From assembly GCA_965205485.1 (NCBI GenBank), contig OZ242180.1, forward strand, positions 800,001-864,000: DNA of 64,000 nt, in the 5' to 3' direction. This document shows positions 31,522 through 40,785 of the stretch, piece by piece. The first letter of the stretch is position 1, and the number at the start of each line of letters is the position of its first letter. The notes beneath the pieces were generated by a model that saw only the letters and a list, made by a program, of their open reading frames with translations, did no database searches and was not told the origin of the DNA. The translations under genes were made by a program, and so were the position numbers. The DNA comes from Candidatus Latescibacterota bacterium. GTDB taxonomy: Bacteria > Latescibacterota > UBA2968 > GCA-2709665.

Positions 31522-33441
31522 TCAATCTTCATCCGGCGGCGGAATAACAGGCAGCACGATGTGGGAAGGCCGCGCGAGGTCCATGTAAACCGTATTTCTG
31601 GCGACAACCGAACGGGTGTGACGTCCCACGGGTTCGCCGGTATTCGGATTCACGTCGAAACGAGGGAAATTGCTGCTGGAGATATCCACGCGGATCCGGT
31701 GGCCGCGTGCGAACAGATTGCTGGTTGGCGTAAGATCGATCCTGACGGAATACACGTCGCCCGGGTTCATCATCTCGGGCTTCTCCCACCCGTTCCGATA
31801 GCGCGCGCGGATGATGGAATCCACGAGATTCATGTGATATCCACCCGGATAGTCTTCGCTGGAAGGGTAGACGTCGATCAGCTTGGCCGTGAAGTCCGTG
31901 TCTATCGCGGTCGAAGAGATCCAGAGATTCACGGATAGCGGACCGGTGACCTCGACGTCCTCGACCAGCGGCTCCGTCTGAAAGACGAGCACGTCCTCCC
32001 GGGACGCGAGCGTCCGGTACGGCGGCCGTGCGCCGACGATGCCCGGCGCCTCCTGCTGGTGGGCGGCCCCGTCCAGCACGATGCTGCGCATTCGGGACCT
32101 CGGTGGCGTGTACCGCTCTACCATCCCTTCGCCCAGCGGCACCATTTCGTAGAAGCCGGTCACGTTTCCCGCGATGGTGGGAACCGGGTGTTCCGGATCG
32201 TGAGCGTAACCGGCCGGCGCGCCGTCCACCCCGGGGGTTGCGGGGCTGAGGCCGCCGCTGCCGTGAAAATAGTACGGCGTGTAACGCGTGCGGGCAAGCG
32301 GCCACTCGCGCTCGGACCGCCACGAGCCGCCGTGGTTGAGGCGGCCGGCGTCGTTCCTTCGGCCATCGCCTCCTCCCATCACGAATATACGAACCGGTGG
32401 GTCGTCCTCCACGTCGTTGCGGACACCCTTCAGCCATCGATCGAACCAGCGCAGGCGCTCCCGGTTGTACAACTCGTCGCCCCAGGCTGCGCCGGGACCG
32501 AAATCCACGTCGCCGGCGAACGAGTCCCCCTCGCCTCGTATGCCGCCGTGGTTCCACGGACCCATCAACAGCCGCTGGGGCGTTTGGTTCTGTTTTGACA
32601 TTGCGGTGAAATAGTTCGTCGTCGCCCCGGCAAACGGATCGTACCAACCCCCGCTGAAGACGGAAGGAATATCTCCGTGCCGGGCGAAATAGCGCTCCTG
32701 GTCGCAGCAGTCCTGCTGCCAGAACTCGTCGTACTCGCCGCGGTGGTAGTAATCGAACAGCACCCGTTCGAGATTGGGCACCAGGGCCAGGGGCGTGTCC
32801 CCGTGCTTGAACGGCGTGGCATGGACCAGTTCCCTCATCCGCGCCATGGCCTCCACGAACGCGCGCTGCGCGGCGGGCTCGTCCCTGATCTCCTGCGCAT
32901 CGTGCCCGTGCAGAAACAGGGCGCCGAACATGTGCAGCGCCATCGCGCCGCCCTCGCGGGAGCAGTGCGCGTACATATTGGTCGGCCCCACGTCCTGCCA
33001 CATCGCCGCGAGATTCGGCGGCCGGTACAGCGCCATCACCGCCTGGACGATGGCGCCGTGCGAACTGCCCACCGTGCCCACCCTCCCGTTGGACCATGCC
33101 TGTTCCGCAATCCACGACACGGTGTCGTATCCGTCCATCCCCTCGCCCGGATTGGCGGTATGGAAGTACTGCCCCGTGCCCTCGGACCTGTGCCGGCCCC
33201 TCAGGTCCTGGATAACCGCCACGTATCCCCGCCGGGCGAAAAACATCCCGACGGGCTCCACCCACATCTGAGGACTGCTCTTGTCATAGGACGTCCGCCC
33301 CAGAATCACGGGATATCTGCCAGGCGCGGGTTCCCCCTCGACGGCGGGGCGGTAGACGTCCGTAGCCAGCCGCACGCCGTCGCGCATAGGCACCATGACG
33401 TCAGTGGCAATTACAACGCCGTATTCCGGTTCCGGGTTCAT
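31522..33441 (-). CDS. CocE/NonD-family hydrolase (peptidase S15-like)
   Basis: VPMRDGVRLATDVYRP, QDLRGRHRSEG, DGYDTV.W, GGWYD, GPWNH, HRIRVDISSSNFPRF. RBS GGAGG. Confidence 0.92.
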   Translation of the reverse strand: MNPEPEYGVVIATDVMVPMRDGVRLATDVYRPAVEGEPAPGRYPVILGRTSYDKSSPQMWVEPVGMFFARRGYVAVIQDLRGRHRSEGTGQYFHTANPGEGMDGYDTVSWIAEQAWSNGRVGTVGSSHGAIVQAVMALYRPPNLAAMWQDVGPTNMYAHCSREGGAMALHMFGALFLHGHDAQEIRDEPAAQRAFVEAMARMRELVHATPFKHGDTPLALVPNLERVLFDYYHRGEYDEFWQQDCCDQERYFARHGDIPSVFSGGWYDPFAGATTNYFTAMSKQNQTPQRLLMGPWNHGGIRGEGDSFAGDVDFGPGAAWGDELYNRERLRWFDRWLKGVRNDVEDDPPVRIFVMGGGDGRRNDAGRLNHGGSWRSEREWPLARTRYTPYYFHGSGGLSPATPGVDGAPAGYAHDPEHPVPTIAGNVTGFYEMVPLGEGMVERYTPPRSRMRSIVLDGAAHQQEAPGIVGARPPYRTLASREDVLVFQTEPLVEDVEVTGPLSVNLWISSTAIDTDFTAKLIDVYPSSEDYPGGYHMNLVDSIIRARYRNGWEKPEMMNPGDVYSVRIDLTPTSNLFARGHRIRVDISSSNFPRFDVNPNTGEPVGRHTRSVVARNTVYMDLARPSHIVLPVIPPPDED

Positions 33442-33470
33442 GTTCTTTCGGCTCCTCCAATTGGCGAATG

Positions 33471-33639
33471 CCAGTGTTCTGTCCCGGAAATAAGTTGCCT
33501 GAATTCGACCGCCGAGTCGCCCGGCTCGCAAGGCGCCAGAGCGCAGGCGACCTGCGTAAGGTCGGCGAGCGAGGGCAACGTAGCGAGACGGGATGAATCG
33601 GCGGTCGAATGGTGAGGAATTTTTGGGACAGGACACCAG
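33471..33639. mobile_element. MITE-like element
   Basis: Terminal IR GTGTTCTGTCCC/GGGACAGGACAC (11/12); internal 13-bp IR ATTCGACCGCCGA/TCGGCGGTCGAAT; CCAG at both ends. Confidence 0.65.
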
Positions 33640-33648
33640 GACCGACTG

Positions 33649-36330
33649 TTATGCCAGAATTCCGTTTCCGGCGACAATGGCGGGTACGCCGGATTCGAGC
33701 CGGAACTCCACGAAATCGGTCTCAATTTGCAGATCGAGCGTGGTATCGCGAACGTGTACCGTCTTACCCTTGCAGATTGCGACCGACAACAACTCGCCGC
33801 CGCGTCCCCGTCGAACCATGCAAAGCTCCGCGTCGGTCCGGATGTCCGTGTCCTCCTGCAGCATCCACCTGCCTTCCCGCCCCATGTCTTCCGCGTCCAT
33901 CGCCAAGATCACGTCCCGGCGACCATCGGCGAGTTCGATTTCCACGGCAACGTCCGAATCCGAAGGGACCGGCCCGTCTTCGCGTTCCACGGAAAGACGT
34001 CGTATTCCGGAGATGGCCGGCTCATCCTCATAGGGTTCGATGACACCCACGAACGTGGAAGCCAGCGGACCCGTATCCGACTCGCGCCGCACCATCACCC
34101 GCGGGATCCAGTCCGTCTCATTGCCTCCAAACCCCCGCAGCGCAACCCAGGCCTCGGCAGTACAGGCCTGCGCGCCTTGGGTCAGGTCGGTATACCGAAG
34201 ATGGATATCGCGGTTCGCGTCCAGATATCCGTACCGGTCCTCCACCTTCCAGTCCGCGTGCCATCCAGGCGCCGGTTGTTCATCACTCATAAAACTGCGC
34301 ATCTGCGTTTCGTACCCATAATCGGCGGCCGGAACCAGCGCGAGCCCCCGTGTTGAAATCTTCCCGAAATGACTGTGCATGAACTTCGCGTGGTCTCGTC
34401 CGCCTGCAACGCGGAATACGTCCAGAAGGTAGCTGCTGTTGTCCGATGTGTCCACCATTGCCACGGTCCGTTCATAGCGCGGTATCCCGTACAGGGCTGA
34501 ACCGTTCGCCCGGATCGCCCGGAACCCCTCGCCGTCCGCCCACAACGTGGACTCGCCGTCCGAAGGACGCTCCTGGTCCTTTCCGTCTACAACCACGGTG
34601 TTGTGACCGGCGGTACTCACGTACCAGTGAAACTTCGGCCCGCTCCACCCTCCGAAATGTACCGGCGGATATCCGAAGTCCGGCATCAGATCCAGACCCA
34701 TTGCGAAGAGTCCGAGGTTCATCCCGTCGGCGTGTCCGTGAGGTCCGCCGGAGTCGTAGTCCAGCCACGCGGCGCGGCGGCCATCGCCCCGGCCCGACCG
34801 CAGGATGGCGAGACGCCACTCCGTCTTGTTGGCGCTGGCCTGTTGGATTTCCGTCCCGCTGGCGTCGATAACGGCCTGCACGTCGGCCTGAAATGCCTCC
34901 GGATCGTCCACAAAGAGATCGTGCGGCAACCCGTTGACCGTACTGCCGTTCGCCTGGTACAGGGCCTGCACGTAGGCCGAATCGCCCGTTTCCCGGTACA
35001 GGTCCCACAAAAAAGCGTACATCGACGGCTCCAGCCCGGGATCATCGGAGAAGGAGACGCCCACGTAATTGTCGACCTTCCCCGCGTAGTATCCCGTGTC
35101 GCCGGCCTGGGGGTAGTATTGCTGCAGGCACCACGTATCGATATGAAACCGGTACGTCTGCCGCAGCTTCGGGTGCCTTGCCAGCATATCGCCCAGGAAT
35201 CCGGGGTCGACCCTGCTGAACCGCGCCAGGAACTGCGCCAGGCTCTGAATTACCCCTGAACAATAACCCGCAAGTCCCTTTTCCCCCGTCACGCCGTCCA
35301 CCGCCGTGGCGCGTTCCATCATCTCGGCGATCAATCCGTATACCTTCTCCCGGTTTCCCTCCCAGTCAAGGACCGAGTGAAGCGTGATCAACGCGATTTC
35401 CTTGCGGGGATAGTTGGACCGGATCCGATCATGATTAACGACCGTATCCAGGAGTATACCCTCCTCGATATTCCGCGTTACGTCCGCCGGCGACGCCTTG
35501 CTCGCCTCAATACCGTACTGCGCGGCCTTGCCGCTCAGGAATTCCGCCAGCGCTTCATCCTCTCCCAACGCGTCCCGGACCTGATCGTAAGCCTGCGCGA
35601 GCGCCCTCGCTTCCTCGCACGCGTCGTGCCAGGTGGACACGTACCCGGCGTGCGCGGGACCTTCGTACATCATCGCCTGATCTTTGAAATTGAACGTCGT
35701 GTACAGGTCCGCCACCCGGTCGAGCAGCACGCCCGCCTTGTGGGCAAAAACGGGCTCTCCGGTTGCCGCGTAAGCCTCCGCCAGCGCCCTTATCCCCCCA
35801 TGTACGATCTGCTTCCACTGTCCGTAGACCAGGTAGGTCCCAACGAACCACCAGGTATTCTCTCCTTCCCGATACCCCTCGCCGTCGTCCACCCCGAACA
35901 GGTGCAACGGATCCGCCGGATCGGGATGCTCCGTATTGAACAAGAGGGACCGGTCCGCAAGCTCGTGCTGAAACACGCCGTGTTCATCGAGACCGGAGCG
36001 GTAGAACGCGTGGAAGTCGTTTTTGGGAAACAGCTCTTCGCAGTGCGGGCATCGAAGCTTCCACGGGAGGCGCAACGCCTGGATACGCCAGTTGTACATG
36101 GGCACGCCCTTCCCGCACGCCGGGCAGTGCCCGTTGGACCAGACCATCCAGGACCTCCGGATGGTACTGCCGAACATCAGGTCCCACAGCTCATCGTCAG
36201 AGAATTCCATCCACGGCTGAGCAGTCTCGACGATCCGGTCCCTCGCTCGCTTCGCCCACGCGTGGTTCTCGGCGTTGCGCTTCGCCCTTTCAATCAACGC
36301 CGCCGGGTAGAACAGGCTGCCGTTGCTCAC
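33649..36330 (-). CDS. Heparinase II/III-family (polysaccharide lyase-like) protein
   Basis: HGHADGMNLGL, PDFGYP, TAGHNTVVVDG; alpha-toroid-like N-half; two CxxC pairs near the N-terminus. Confidence 0.82.
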   Translation of the reverse strand: MSNGSLFYPAALIERAKRNAENHAWAKRARDRIVETAQPWMEFSDDELWDLMFGSTIRRSWMVWSNGHCPACGKGVPMYNWRIQALRLPWKLRCPHCEELFPKNDFHAFYRSGLDEHGVFQHELADRSLLFNTEHPDPADPLHLFGVDDGEGYREGENTWWFVGTYLVYGQWKQIVHGGIRALAEAYAATGEPVFAHKAGVLLDRVADLYTTFNFKDQAMMYEGPAHAGYVSTWHDACEEARALAQAYDQVRDALGEDEALAEFLSGKAAQYGIEASKASPADVTRNIEEGILLDTVVNHDRIRSNYPRKEIALITLHSVLDWEGNREKVYGLIAEMMERATAVDGVTGEKGLAGYCSGVIQSLAQFLARFSRVDPGFLGDMLARHPKLRQTYRFHIDTWCLQQYYPQAGDTGYYAGKVDNYVGVSFSDDPGLEPSMYAFLWDLYRETGDSAYVQALYQANGSTVNGLPHDLFVDDPEAFQADVQAVIDASGTEIQQASANKTEWRLAILRSGRGDGRRAAWLDYDSGGPHGHADGMNLGLFAMGLDLMPDFGYPPVHFGGWSGPKFHWYVSTAGHNTVVVDGKDQERPSDGESTLWADGEGFRAIRANGSALYGIPRYERTVAMVDTSDNSSYLLDVFRVAGGRDHAKFMHSHFGKISTRGLALVPAADYGYETQMRSFMSDEQPAPGWHADWKVEDRYGYLDANRDIHLRYTDLTQGAQACTAEAWVALRGFGGNETDWIPRVMVRRESDTGPLASTFVGVIEPYEDEPAISGIRRLSVEREDGPVPSDSDVAVEIELADGRRDVILAMDAEDMGREGRWMLQEDTDIRTDAELCMVRRGRGGELLSVAICKGKTVHVRDTTLDLQIETDFVEFRLESGVPAIVAGNGILA

Positions 36331-36414
36331 GTCTGTGCCTCCTCGTTGTGTTGCGACGCCGGGTCGTTCCTGCTTGATCGGCCCGGCACGGCACCCTATT
36401 TTCGCTCAGAATGA

Positions 36415-37665
36415 TTGCACTGGAAACCCCACGGACCAGGAAACGGACCCATGCTGGTTGCTTCACAGGACTTCCGCTGGCACAACCGCGGTGAAGGAGG
36501 CGTCTACGTCTTCGGAGAAGACGGCTACCTCACCATCGACGGTTCACGAGGCCGCGCGTGCTGTTCCCGGCGTATCGAAAACCTCATCCGGCGCACGGAG
36601 GATGCAATCGCGCTGAAACTCCGGGTCGCCTTGGGAAGATGCTACCATATCCTCTTCCATGGCGCGGACGACCGGATTGCACTGGATTGCCGGATCGACG
36701 TCGACGGCCGAATCCAGCTGACCGGAGAACGGGGAACCGTCGACGCCGGCGTATCCCTGACCTTTCACTACGGCAAGCCCTACGCCGATCCGGCCGTTCG
36801 CCCACCCTACTGCGTGCCGTCGGACGAACATCGCCTGACCTTTTCGGGATTCGATTTCGAAAAGGGGAGGTTTTTGTTCACCCTTGACAATAACGACCCG
36901 GTCGAGATCTCCGGATGCATTGGGCCGAACATCGACGAAATACGCACGATCGAACTCACCACGGTGACCATTGAAACCGGCAGCCTCATCCGTCTGAGGG
37001 AATACGCCGAATACAGAGGCGATTCGATCTCGTTCAGGGAGACCTTCCCGTTGCACTGGGCGCCGGTTCCTCCCCCTCGGGACGGCATGCCGGACGACAA
37101 CGTCTGCGAGACCGTGATGCGTCCTGTGGACTACCGGTGGCTCGAGACGGCCACGAAGTACGGCTATGTCAAGGTCCGCATCCCGCCGCTGAGAGCGGGC
37201 GCATTGGAATTCGAAATGAAGCCCGCCGACGCAGAGCTGGAGTCATGCCTCATCCTGGAGGAGTACCAGGGCATCATCAAATACGGCAACATCCAGTTCG
37301 GGTTGCTCGGGGGAAAGATAATCATCTGCACCGCTGAAGGCATCACCGAATTCGATCAGGCCGTCGAGGTTGCGAACGACACGGTGTACAGGTTCCGGAT
37401 TGAATGGGATGCGCGAAGCGGAGTGGTGCGTTTCCAGATCAACGGCGAAACGATGACGCACGGTGGGTCGGACGCATTCTCCTTCGCCAACCTTCCCGGC
37501 AACGGTATCGACACCATCACGCTCCATCCCGGAGACGTGCGGGCGAGACGAAGTCTGATACAGAAGCGTCAAGGCGTAAGGGAGCAGGACGTGCCCACGT
37601 CGATCGTGCACTGGGGCGCATTCCGGGTATACGATCTGGCAGGCAAACAAGCTGATTCACATTGA
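36415..37665 (+). CDS. Hypothetical beta-rich protein (possible concanavalin-like fold)
   Basis: 416-aa ORF with host-like codon usage; YRFRIEWD..SG.VRFQING. Start uncertain (TTG 36415 or ATG 36451). Confidence 0.65.
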   Translation: MHWKPHGPGNGPMLVASQDFRWHNRGEGGVYVFGEDGYLTIDGSRGRACCSRRIENLIRRTEDAIALKLRVALGRCYHILFHGADDRIALDCRIDVDGRIQLTGERGTVDAGVSLTFHYGKPYADPAVRPPYCVPSDEHRLTFSGFDFEKGRFLFTLDNNDPVEISGCIGPNIDEIRTIELTTVTIETGSLIRLREYAEYRGDSISFRETFPLHWAPVPPPRDGMPDDNVCETVMRPVDYRWLETATKYGYVKVRIPPLRAGALEFEMKPADAELESCLILEEYQGIIKYGNIQFGLLGGKIIICTAEGITEFDQAVEVANDTVYRFRIEWDARSGVVRFQINGETMTHGGSDAFSFANLPGNGIDTITLHPGDVRARRSLIQKRQGVREQDVPTSIVHWGAFRVYDLAGKQADSH

Positions 37666-38017
37666 CGATACGGCCCGGCGAAATCAACTCGCGCGCGATC
37701 GTCCGGCTAAAGGTTTCTGGAACCTGCGCCCGGTGGAGTTCGTCAGCGAGGTACATGGCTCGACGGTAGCGATCGAACTCGTTGACATCTGACTTCAATC
37801 ATCCCGCGATTCTCTGACAAGCTGGCACGTTTATGGGAAAGATCGTGAGTTTTCACCGTAAATCAGATAAAGTATCCGCCCTTGACTTTCCGGTGGCATT
37901 GTTTAATTTCCGTTCGGCCCCCGGCGCTCGATCGTCGGACCGGACATTGGGATCCCGCACAGTCAGACGGAAACGGCGAAATGCTGCGCGCCGCCGTCAA
38001 GGGAAAATCAGGGAGGA

Positions 38018-39292
38018 ATGATTGTGCACGTCGCGATAATCGGCAACGGCGTCACCGGCGTTACCGCTGCGATCAGGCTGCGGCGAAAACAGCCGGACTG
38101 GCGCATCACCCTTATTTCCGGCGAATCCAGATTCCACTATTCGCGGCCGGCCCTGATGTACGTTTTCATGGGTCATATGACCTATAACGGCACCAAGCCC
38201 TTCGAGGACGACTTCTGGTCCATCAACCGGCTGGATCTGCGCCGGGACTGGGTCACCCGGATCGACGCTTCCGGCAAATGCCTTTCCCTCCACCGCGGCG
38301 GAGACTTTCACTTCGACAAACTGCTCATCGCCACGGGCTCGAAATCAAACAAATTCGGGTGGCCGGGACAGGACCTCAAAGGCGTTCAGGGACTCTATTC
38401 ACTCCAGGACCTTCGCACCCTGTACGATAACGCGAAGCACACGCGACACGCCGTCATCGTAGGGGGCGGCCTCATCGGCATCGAACTGGCCGAAATGCTG
38501 CATTCGCGCAACATACACGTCACCTTTCTCGTGCGCGAACCGTCTTACTGGGGCAACATCCTCCCGATGGAAGAGTCCGGCATGATCAACGAGATCATCC
38601 GGGAACAGGGGCTTGGTCTGAGACTCCGGACCAGCCTGAAAGAGATTCTGGACGACGGGAACGGCAGGGCAGGCGGTGTTGTGACGGAAGACGGCGAGAC
38701 TTTGGAATGCCAGTTTGTGGGCCTGACCGCCGGCGTGTCTCCAAATATAGACCTTGTAAGGGATTCCGATATCGAAACCGGCAGGGGGATCCTGGTCGAC
38801 CACAGTTTTCAGACCAGCGTTCCAGATGTGTATGCCGCGGGCGACTGCGCCGAAATCGTCACCGGCGGCGAGCGGAATCTGTTGCAGCAGGTCTGGTACA
38901 CCGGCAAGAAACAGGGTGCGGTCGCGGGCGACGTCATCGCGGGCGAAGACTGTACCTACGACCCGGGCATCTGGTTCAACTCCGCCAAATTCCTGGATCT
39001 GGAATACCAGGTCTACGGCCGCGTCAACCTCAATGTGCCAGGCGAAAAGAACCTCTACTGGCAACACTCCGCACAGCGCCAGTCCGTGCGCATCGTACAC
39101 ACCGAACCGGACGTGATCGGGATCAACCTCATGGGTATCCGCTACCGCCACGAAGTCTGCGAACGCTGGATTTCGGAACAGCGCCCGGTCGACTTCGTGC
39201 TCGACCACCTGGCGGACGCCAACTTCGACCCCGAGTTCTTCGACAGGCACGAATCCGATATCGTACCCGCCCTCAGGGAGCAACTGTCATGA
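38018..39292 (+). CDS. FAD/NAD(P)-dependent pyridine nucleotide-disulfide-type oxidoreductase
   Basis: IIGNGVTG, LLIATGS, VGGGLIGIELAE, TSVPDVYAAGDCAE. Confidence 0.9.
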   Translation: MIVHVAIIGNGVTGVTAAIRLRRKQPDWRITLISGESRFHYSRPALMYVFMGHMTYNGTKPFEDDFWSINRLDLRRDWVTRIDASGKCLSLHRGGDFHFDKLLIATGSKSNKFGWPGQDLKGVQGLYSLQDLRTLYDNAKHTRHAVIVGGGLIGIELAEMLHSRNIHVTFLVREPSYWGNILPMEESGMINEIIREQGLGLRLRTSLKEILDDGNGRAGGVVTEDGETLECQFVGLTAGVSPNIDLVRDSDIETGRGILVDHSFQTSVPDVYAAGDCAEIVTGGERNLLQQVWYTGKKQGAVAGDVIAGEDCTYDPGIWFNSAKFLDLEYQVYGRVNLNVPGEKNLYWQHSAQRQSVRIVHTEPDVIGINLMGIRYRHEVCERWISEQRPVDFVLDHLADANFDPEFFDRHESDIVPALREQLS

Positions 39293-40785
39293 TCGATACC
39301 GCCACCCTCGACTACGACTTCGACGAGGAAACGCTTGGCTTCGAGGAACCGCCCGAGCAGCCCGCGCCGCCGGCATCCTGGCCCGAAAGGCTCTCGATTG
39401 CGGCCGTCTCGCTCGGCTTCCTGACCCTCATCGTCACCCTGCTCGGTCCGCTTTCCGGTACCTGGGCCGGCATCCTGCTCAGCTTCGGCCTGATCGTGCT
39501 GGGTTCGGCCGCGTATTACTGGTTCGCCTACATGAACACCGTCCCGGGGATCAAGCACGACGGCATCATGTTCGGCAGCGCGACCCATCTGGGGCTCATC
39601 GGATGGGCCCTGGGCATCGGAATCACCGGATTCTACGTGGTGCTCTACTGGTTTCCCGAATACCTGGAACGCGGCGTCCGGCTGGTGGACCCGCTATCCC
39701 TGGCGCTCGCCGGGGGTCCGGCGGACCGATGGTTCTTCTACGGCTTCCTCTACACGCTCGCCATCCTCGTGTTCGGCGTCCGCATGTTCATGAAGTACCG
39801 CCACAACCGCTACCAGATCGTCCGCACCGCGTCCGTGATGTTCTTCCAGCTCGGCTTCGCCTTTCTCATTCCGCAGATGCTCAAGAGCTTCAACCAGCCC
39901 GAGTTCTATTTCACCTATTTCTGGCCGCTAAAATACGACTACCTCTTTCCCTCAACCGTGGGCAGCCTGACCGGCCATCCCGGCGCACTCGGCGTCTTTA
40001 TGGTCTTCTGGGGCGCCGTCGCGACATTCATCGCCACGCCCGTGCTCACCTACTTTTACGGAAAACGCTGGTACTGCTCCTGGGTATGCGGGTGCGGCGG
40101 CCTCGCCGAGACGCTGGGCGATCCCTTCCGCCAGCTCTCGAGCAAGACGACCCGCTCCTGGAGAGTCGAGAGGGGCATCATCTACTCGGTCCTCATCTTC
40201 ATCACCGTAACCACGATCGCGCTCTGGGTCAACTCCGCCACCGAAGGCCGCGTCTTCGGCCGCCTGTCGGGACCGCTTGCCAGCGCGTACGGATTCTACA
40301 TCGGCGCCCTGTTTTCCGGCGTCATCGGCGTGGGTTTCTATCCGCTGATGGGCAGCCGGGTCTGGTGCCGCTTCGGCTGTCCGATGGCCGCGATCCTGGG
40401 CATCTTCCAGCGTTTCTTCTCCCGCTTCCGGATCACCACCAACGGCGGCCAGTGCATGTCCTGCGGCAACTGCTCCACCTACTGTGAAATGGGCATCGAC
40501 GTCCGGGCGTACGCACAGCGCGGCGAGAACATCGTTCGCGCTTCATGCGTGGGATGCGGCATCTGTTCCGCGGTCTGCCCGCGCGGTGTGCTCAAACTGG
40601 AAAACGGCTCCACGCACGCCGACAGGTACCCCGGCTCCGATCGTCCGCTGGCTGCTTTCCAGGAAGCGGTGAGCGCCGCCAAGGTGTACGAGGGAAAAAA
40701 CGGGGCGGCCGCGCCGGAACCGGCCGATCCCGCCCTCCTCAGCCAGCGCAGGCCGCTCAAATCGCAGTTTACGCGGCGTCTATAA
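39289..40785 (+). CDS. Membrane 4Fe-4S-binding protein (NapH/MauN-like polyferredoxin)
   Basis: Multiple TM helices; [47 protein letters not shown] overlap with the upstream gene. Confidence 0.88.
   Translation: MIDTATLDYDFDEETLGFEEPPEQPAPPASWPERLSIAAVSLGFLTLIVTLLGPLSGTWAGILLSFGLIVLGSAAYYWFAYMNTVPGIKHDGIMFGSATHLGLIGWALGIGITGFYVVLYWFPEYLERGVRLVDPLSLALAGGPADRWFFYGFLYTLAILVFGVRMFMKYRHNRYQIVRTASVMFFQLGFAFLIPQMLKSFNQPEFYFTYFWPLKYDYLFPSTVGSLTGHPGALGVFMVFWGAVATFIATPVLTYFYGKRWYCSWVCGCGGLAETLGDPFRQLSSKTTRSWRVERGIIYSVLIFITVTTIALWVNSATEGRVFGRLSGPLASAYGFYIGALFSGVIGVGFYPLMGSRVWCRFGCPMAAILGIFQRFFSRFRITTNGGQCMSCGNCSTYCEMGIDVRAYAQRGENIVRASCVGCGICSAVCPRGVLKLENGSTHADRYPGSDRPLAAFQEAVSAAKVYEGKNGAAAPEPADPALLSQRRPLKSQFTRRL

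Noticed and set aside
31529..33265. 578-aa alternative-frame ORF and other long overlapping ORFs (e.g. 51325-53310)
   Set aside because: They are GC-rich shadow frames of clearly identified genes.
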